Assembly: GCA_029856105.1 (NCBI GenBank)
Contig: JAHQWH010000015.1
Span: 164,543-228,542 of the forward strand
DNA length: 64,000 bases
Reading direction: 5' to 3'
Origin: Promethearchaeia archaeon
GTDB lineage: Archaea; Asgardarchaeota; Lokiarchaeia; Sigyniarchaeales; SOKP01
Part shown: positions 58,605 through 64,000 of the stretch, in pieces
Layout: the number at the start of each line of letters is the position of its first letter
Position numbering within the stretch: position 1 is the first letter of the stretch
Notes under the pieces: generated by a model
Databases searched by the model: none
Told to the model about the DNA's origin: nothing
Seen by the model: only the letters and a program-made list of their open reading frames with translations
Made by a program: the position numbers and the translations under genes

Positions 58605-59426
58605 ATGAAAGAAAATTATTTAAAAGATAAAATAGCAATTATTACAGGAGCAGCAGGAGGTATCGGGAGAGAAATAGCAAAATTATTTGATATATATGGT
58701 ATAAAATTAATTTTGACAGATATTAATGAAGAAGGTTTAAGAGTAATTGCAAATGAGCTTTCGCAAGAACCATTAATTATTCCTTGCGATATAACAAAAA
58801 TAGAACAAGTAAAAAACTTAATTTCACAAACGAATTCAAAGTATGGAACAGTAGATATTCTTATTAATACAGTTGGTATTATTATTCCTGCTCTTTTCGA
58901 AAATACTAATTATTCGGATATTGAAAAACAGATTAATGTTAATTTATTAGGTATAATTCATTGTACCAAAGAAATTATTCCAATAATGAAAGATGCGGGA
59001 GGGGGAAATATTGTTACTATTTCTTCTCTAGCAGGAATAGTTCCAGAAACTTATAGTTCAATTTATACAGCAACCAAGTTCGCCCTCAGAGGTTTTGATC
59101 TAACCTTAAATCTTGAGCTTAAAAAGCACAACATAACCGTCTCCACTATTTTTCCTGATTCTGTAGATACGTCTATGTTAGAATACGAAGCAAAGCATGG
59201 CGGGTCGCCCTTAACATTTTTAAGTGACCCTGTAAACCCTGAAAGAGTCGCTAAAGCTGCATTAAAAGCAATTCTTAAAAATAAGGTAGAGATTTGTGTC
59301 CCTCACTTTCAAGGAACTTTATCTAAATTTATTATGTGTTTCCCTAAGAGGGTTCAAAAAATGTGGCCAAAGCTAGAAAAGAAGGGAGAGAAGAGGAAAC
59401 AAGAGTTTTTGAGAAATTTAAATTAG
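58605..59426 (+). CDS. short-chain dehydrogenase/reductase
   Basis: TGAAGGIG, ISSLAG, YTATKFALRG. Confidence 0.9.
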   Translation: MKENYLKDKIAIITGAAGGIGREIAKLFDIYGIKLILTDINEEGLRVIANELSQEPLIIPCDITKIEQVKNLISQTNSKYGTVDILINTVGIIIPALFENTNYSDIEKQINVNLLGIIHCTKEIIPIMKDAGGGNIVTISSLAGIVPETYSSIYTATKFALRGFDLTLNLELKKHNITVSTIFPDSVDTSMLEYEAKHGGSPLTFLSDPVNPERVAKAALKAILKNKVEICVPHFQGTLSKFIMCFPKRVQKMWPKLEKKGEKRKQEFLRNLN

Positions 59427-59645
59427 CCATTTAATAATTAATCGAGAAAAAATATTTCAATTAAGAGGACAAAATTTCAATACGAGATTTCAGAATGTAT
59501 TCTTTTTTCATATTTTTTATATAAATTATAAGTATTCGAAGTACTTTTTTTGAATAATTATTCCTTAATATTAAAATAGGTAAATTAATATTAATAATAC
59601 AAGAAAATAAAAAATTTCAAAAATAAAAGGAGATGAAAGAAAAAA

Positions 59646-59804
59646 ATGCCAAGAGGAGATAGAACGGGACCAGATGGAAAAGGTAGCAAAACTGGCAGAG
59701 GTTTAGGTTATTGTTCTGGTAGCGATTCCCCTGGATTCACAAAGGGTTCTAGACAGGGAATGGGACGGAGAAAAGGTAATAAATCCAGGCGTAGAAATAG
59801 GTAA
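59646..59804 (+). CDS. small Gly/Arg-rich DUF5320-like protein (52 aa, below ORF-track cutoff)
   Basis: MPRGDRTGPDGKGSKTGRGLGYCSGSDSPGF...GMGRRKG; GGAG upstream. Confidence 0.8.
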   Translation: MPRGDRTGPDGKGSKTGRGLGYCSGSDSPGFTKGSRQGMGRRKGNKSRRRNR

Positions 59805-59980
59805 CATCGGTTTTATATTCATGTAATATATTTTTTATTTTATGAATAATTTTTCCAAATTTTTTAGAATTTAATATTTTGATTTATTCTTTAAATAATT
59901 AGTAAAAATTATAATATTCAATTATTATCATTAATTTCTATCTAATTGATTTTGATAAATATATAAGTTGATTATAAAAG

Positions 59981-61105
59981 TTGGAAAAAGATAATAAAAG
60001 AAGAAGGATCGGTCTAATAATTAACCCCATTGCAGGCATGGGAGGGAGCGTAGGACTTAAAGGAACTGATGGTGACATATTTAAGAAAGCTATTAAAATG
60101 GGGGCTAAACCAATAACTCCTGACAGAGTTCATACTTTACTTTCTAGTATCAAAAATAAAGATAAAATTCATTTATTAGTTGCTCCAGGTAATATGGGAG
60201 CCAATATAATAAAAGATAGTGGCATCGATTTTGATATTATTGGTAATATTAATCAAGAAACTACTGCTGAAGATACAAAGAGAATAGCAAAATTGATGAA
60301 ACAACAGAATATTGAATTGTTAATTTTTTGTGGTGGAGACGGGACAGCCAGAGATATTCACGATGCCATTGGCTTATCTATACCTGTTGTGGCAATACCT
60401 TCTGGCGTTAAAATGTTCAGCTCTGTTTTTGCCATTAACCCTAGAGCTGCTGCCGAAATTGTTGATAAATTCATAAAGGAAACGGTTGAACTTCAAGAAA
60501 ATGAGGTTTTAGATATTAATGAAGACTCGTTTCGAGAAGGAATTTTAGATTCAAGACTATATGGGTACTTAAATGTTCCTAAAGTTATGAATCTTCTACA
60601 GGCTGGAAAAGATGGTTCTAAAATAGGAAGGTCCATTGAAGAAAATAAACGTGAAATTGCTCAACATGTTATTGAAAATTTAGATGATGACACATTATAT
60701 TTACTTGGACCTGGTACAACTGTAAAAGCAATTACCGATCAGTTAAACCTAACAAAAAGCCTACTTGGAGTAGATGCTCTTTATAACGATAAGATTGTTG
60801 GGATAGATTTAAACGAACGTGGGATCCTAGAACTTTTGAATAAACATAAAAAAGCAAAAATTATCGTCTCGCCAATAGGGGGGCAAGGATTTATTTTTGG
60901 AAGAGGTAATAAGCAATTTACTCCTAAAGTTCTAAAAAAAATTGGAAAAAAGAATGTTAAAATAGTTTCAACTGAAGAAAAAATTAAAGGTTTAAGATGT
61001 TTAATGGTAGATACTGGCGATATTAAGACCGATGAAATGCTTAAAGGACTTGCAAAAGTGATAATCGGATATAAGGAGGAGCTAATAATAGAAATTGAAT
61101 GTTAA
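59981..61105 (+). CDS. ATP-NAD kinase family protein (AcoX-like)
   Basis: INPIAGMGGSVGLKGTDG, GGDGTARD, IPSGVKM.S, GPGTT, GGQGFIFGRGN.Q. Confidence 0.88.
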   Translation: MEKDNKRRRIGLIINPIAGMGGSVGLKGTDGDIFKKAIKMGAKPITPDRVHTLLSSIKNKDKIHLLVAPGNMGANIIKDSGIDFDIIGNINQETTAEDTKRIAKLMKQQNIELLIFCGGDGTARDIHDAIGLSIPVVAIPSGVKMFSSVFAINPRAAAEIVDKFIKETVELQENEVLDINEDSFREGILDSRLYGYLNVPKVMNLLQAGKDGSKIGRSIEENKREIAQHVIENLDDDTLYLLGPGTTVKAITDQLNLTKSLLGVDALYNDKIVGIDLNERGILELLNKHKKAKIIVSPIGGQGFIFGRGNKQFTPKVLKKIGKKNVKIVSTEEKIKGLRCLMVDTGDIKTDEMLKGLAKVIIGYKEELIIEIEC

Positions 61106-61167
61106 GCATTTAATTTCTAACATAAGTAATATATTGAAAAATAATAAGTGAATAATAAGAACGATTT

Positions 61168-62172
61168 TTGTCAAATAGGGTACGAAACATGTTAGTTAGA
61201 TTAGATAGAAACGAAATGTCTATAAAGCTCCCAAGAGAGATTACCGATCCTATCAAAGAAAGCATAGAACTTTTAAATCGATATACACCTCAAAGTAAAG
61301 TAGAGGAATTATTATCAATATTAAGTACATATACGGATTCTCCTAAAAATTCAATTATTATTAGTTCCGCATCTGACATCTTGCTTAAAGAATTTATTTA
61401 TCTTTTTGCGAAAAATAGGCAAATTATTCTCGCTGATCCGTCATTTTTCTTAATTAACGCGACTTGTCGAAAGACTTATTCTTCAATTTTAAAAGTAAGA
61501 TTAAAAGAACCTGAATTTAAATTTTCAATTGTACCGTTAATTGATGAGTTAAAAAAACCAACGTTAATTATTTTAGATAACCCTAACAACCCAACTGGAA
61601 ATATAATTTTAGATAAAAACGAAGTAAAATTGATATTAGAAAATGAAAATGTTATTTTTTTAGTAGACGAAGCTTATTTTGAATTTTCAAATATATCGTA
61701 TGCTAATTTAATCGCAGATTATCCTAATCTAGCTATTTTAAGAACATTAAGCAAGGGATTTGGATTATCTGGGTTAGGAGTGGGATATATTATTGGAGGG
61801 GAAACTGTTCAAAAGAGGTTTCTCGGAATTAATACAATGCTACCTTATCCAAACGTAGTAGCTGGCATAAGTGCCTTGAAAAACAAAAACTACGCAATGG
61901 AATACATTAAAGAAGTTGAAAAAGAAAAAAATCGAATTAGAAGTATTGCTTTAAAATTAGATATCTCAGTTTTTAAAAGTTATTCGAATTTTTTATTAAT
62001 GAAAACAAAAATACCTAACATTTCAAAAAAGCTTACCGAGCAAGGAGTATTGGTACTAGACGTATCAAAACAACTAGGTTTAGAATATTTTAGGGTTACA
62101 ATAGGAAATAGAAAAGAAAACGAATATTTCTTAGGAGCTTTAGAAAAAATCACCTATCAAAATAGAGATTGA
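61168..62172 (+). CDS. PLP-dependent class I/II aminotransferase, HisC/CobD-like
   Basis: LDRNE, NRY, NPNNPTG, VDEAYFEF, RTLSKGFGLSG, RVTIG. Confidence 0.85.
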   Translation: MSNRVRNMLVRLDRNEMSIKLPREITDPIKESIELLNRYTPQSKVEELLSILSTYTDSPKNSIIISSASDILLKEFIYLFAKNRQIILADPSFFLINATCRKTYSSILKVRLKEPEFKFSIVPLIDELKKPTLIILDNPNNPTGNIILDKNEVKLILENENVIFLVDEAYFEFSNISYANLIADYPNLAILRTLSKGFGLSGLGVGYIIGGETVQKRFLGINTMLPYPNVVAGISALKNKNYAMEYIKEVEKEKNRIRSIALKLDISVFKSYSNFLLMKTKIPNISKKLTEQGVLVLDVSKQLGLEYFRVTIGNRKENEYFLGALEKITYQNRD

Positions 62173-62288
62173 ATGCTAAGTATACCAGATTTTTTTAATA
62201 TTTAATCCAATAAGCTTTAATTTTATGTAAAAGTTTAAATATTTAGCTAACACATTTGTAAATTAACCTTTTTAATAGAGGGTGCGAA

Positions 62289-64000
62289 ATGAATTTAAAT
62301 AAAAAACATATAATTTTAGGCTTTTTGATATTAGTTTCTATGTTCTTTCCTTTCTATTCAACGATTTCTCTGAAGTTCAATAATACTGAAAGGATCGATA
62401 ATACCTATGATAATGCTCTAAGAAGCTCCCAATGGGTATTATCTAGTCGAATCATCATCAACGAAACAGAACCTACTCAAAATTGGGCGTTTACTGCAGC
62501 ATCTGAGCCTTGGTGTTCTGGGTCAGGAATATTGGCTGATCCTTACATAATACAAGATGTTACGATCGATCTACAAGGAGCTGGGAACAGTTGTATTTCT
62601 ATTTTTGATTCGAATGTTTATTTTCAGATTAAGGATTCTACTCTTACTAATTCTGGATGGGGTATGACTGCAGGGATTTATATGGAAAATACAAATAACG
62701 GACAATTGCTAAATAATAATTGTTCTAATAATGAGCAAATCGGAATCTATCTAAAAAACTGTGATAACAATACAATCTCTGGGAATATTGTATCAAATAA
62801 TCAAATGGGGATAAAGTTGGATTATAGCCATTATAACACCATCACAAGTAATGCTCCAAACTCAAATTCCAATAGTGGGATAGACCTTTATTCATCTGAT
62901 AATAATATAATTACGGGAAATGTGCTGAGTTTTAATGGAGAAGGTATAACTCTTGGCAATGTCGAGAATTGCACTGTTACTGGGAATATTATGAGTTCTT
63001 GTGGTATATATGTCTGGTTAAACGAAGATGATCTTGATGAGTTTGTTTCAAATAAGGTAGATACTACAAATAAAGTGAACGGAAAATCTGTTTATTATTA
63101 TATCAACAGGAATAACTTAGGAAATACTGACTTCACAAATCCTGGACAGATAATATTAGTAAATTGTACTGACAGTTTTTTGTCTAACTTTGATATTACA
63201 TATACCTCGTGGGGGATTCAAGTTTTATTTTGTGACGATATTACTATATACAATAGTGATTTCACTAATAACAAGTTTGGGATTGGAGTAAGATATAGTT
63301 CTTTTATTAATATCACAGGAAACACCGCTAGTAATAACCAAGCAGGAATAAACTTATATAATAGTGAAAATTGTACTATCTCTGAGAACATTGCGAATGA
63401 TAATTCTGATCCTATCAATTATTGGGGATATGGGATTCGTTTAGGAGATTGCGAAAATTGTACAGTTTCAGATAACACTGCAAATAATAATTTTGAAAGT
63501 GGCTTAGAGGTGGGGTATTCTGAGGAATTAGACATATTTGGAAACACCTTTAATTACAACAGATATGGAATAAAAACAACTGATGTTGTTGAGAGTAAAA
63601 TAGAGGGAAATGTCATTAATGGAGCTACTTCTTATGTTGATAATTGGGATGCGGGAATTATTCTCTCTTCATATTGGGGGGATGCAAGTGCTAATATTAC
63701 CCTTAAAGATAACCTAATGACAAATTGTGGGTTAATTTTAGGTAATGTTGAAAAATTAGAACATATCACTTCACATGATATAGATGACACTAATTTGGTA
63801 AATGGAAAACCACTATACTTTTATACCAATGAAACCGGATTAATTTCAACCGATTTTTCTAATGCTGGTCAAATATTTTTGATTAATACAAATAATTCTG
63901 TTATAGATAATTTACTATTCTCTAACACTACAATCGGTATAGGATTATATTATAGCAACGGTAACACGATTTCGAATTGTGAATTTAAACATAATAAACA
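62289..64000 (+). CDS. secreted NosD/CASH parallel beta-helix protein (3' partial)
   Basis: Not in ORF track. ATG 62289: signal peptide, WCSGSG..ADPYII, repeated GIxL..S..N.I..N...NN, two NxVNGKxxY(Y/F)Y motifs. Confidence 0.85.
   Translation, partial: MNLNKKHIILGFLILVSMFFPFYSTISLKFNNTERIDNTYDNALRSSQWVLSSRIIINETEPTQNWAFTAASEPWCSGSGILADPYIIQDVTIDLQGAGNSCISIFDSNVYFQIKDSTLTNSGWGMTAGIYMENTNNGQLLNNNCSNNEQIGIYLKNCDNNTISGNIVSNNQMGIKLDYSHYNTITSNAPNSNSNSGIDLYSSDNNIITGNVLSFNGEGITLGNVENCTVTGNIMSSCGIYVWLNEDDLDEFVSNKVDTTNKVNGKSVYYYINRNNLGNTDFTNPGQIILVNCTDSFLSNFDITYTSWGIQVLFCDDITIYNSDFTNNKFGIGVRYSSFINITGNTASNNQAGINLYNSENCTISENIANDNSDPINYWGYGIRLGDCENCTVSDNTANNNFESGLEVGYSEELDIFGNTFNYNRYGIKTTDVVESKIEGNVINGATSYVDNWDAGIILSSYWGDASANITLKDNLMTNCGLILGNVEKLEHITSHDIDDTNLVNGKPLYFYTNETGLISTDFSNAGQIFLINTNNSVIDNLLFSNTTIGIGLYYSNGNTISNCEFKHNK

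Noticed and set aside
63218-63418. 66-aa minus-strand ORF
   Set aside because: Shadow of the beta-helix gene starting at 62289

Overview
AT-rich (roughly 30% GC by eye) archaeal chromosomal window, most consistent with an Asgard archaeon (Lokiarchaeia-like). Support: a Rab-like small GTPase, an LRR protein, an actin-like fragment, secreted proteins ending in an IPG(Y/F)-TM-basic Loki-CTERM-type tail, BRE/TATA promoters and poly-T terminators. Main blocks: (1) sucCD-aclBA-icd citrate/succinyl-CoA cluster; (2) a dispersed arginine/ornithine catabolic region (ArcE-type arginine synthetase, tungsten AOR-family enzyme plus a two-subunit flavin amino-acid dehydrogenase, Giardia-like OTC, carbamate kinase, ornithine aminotransferase); (3) three loci of paired or fused GbsR/MarR-like wHTH regulators facing acyltransferase, ABC exporter and C45 hydrolase genes; (4) a bacterial-type lysine fermentation cluster (kal, kce, kdd, kamA, kamB, kamD, kamE; no kamC); (5) SDRs including a KDSR-like one, and surface proteins. 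Not visible in the ORF track: a shared tandem TTTCA-N7-TGAAA operator at all three regulator loci, a frameshifted actin-related gene remnant, non-canonical start codons on two conserved genes, a triple TetR-type operator, a recurring TGTCAwTCyCGTAA boundary motif, and several small or degraded genes. No rRNA, tRNA, CRISPR array, transposase or integrase was recognised. All family assignments come from recalled motifs, not database searches.
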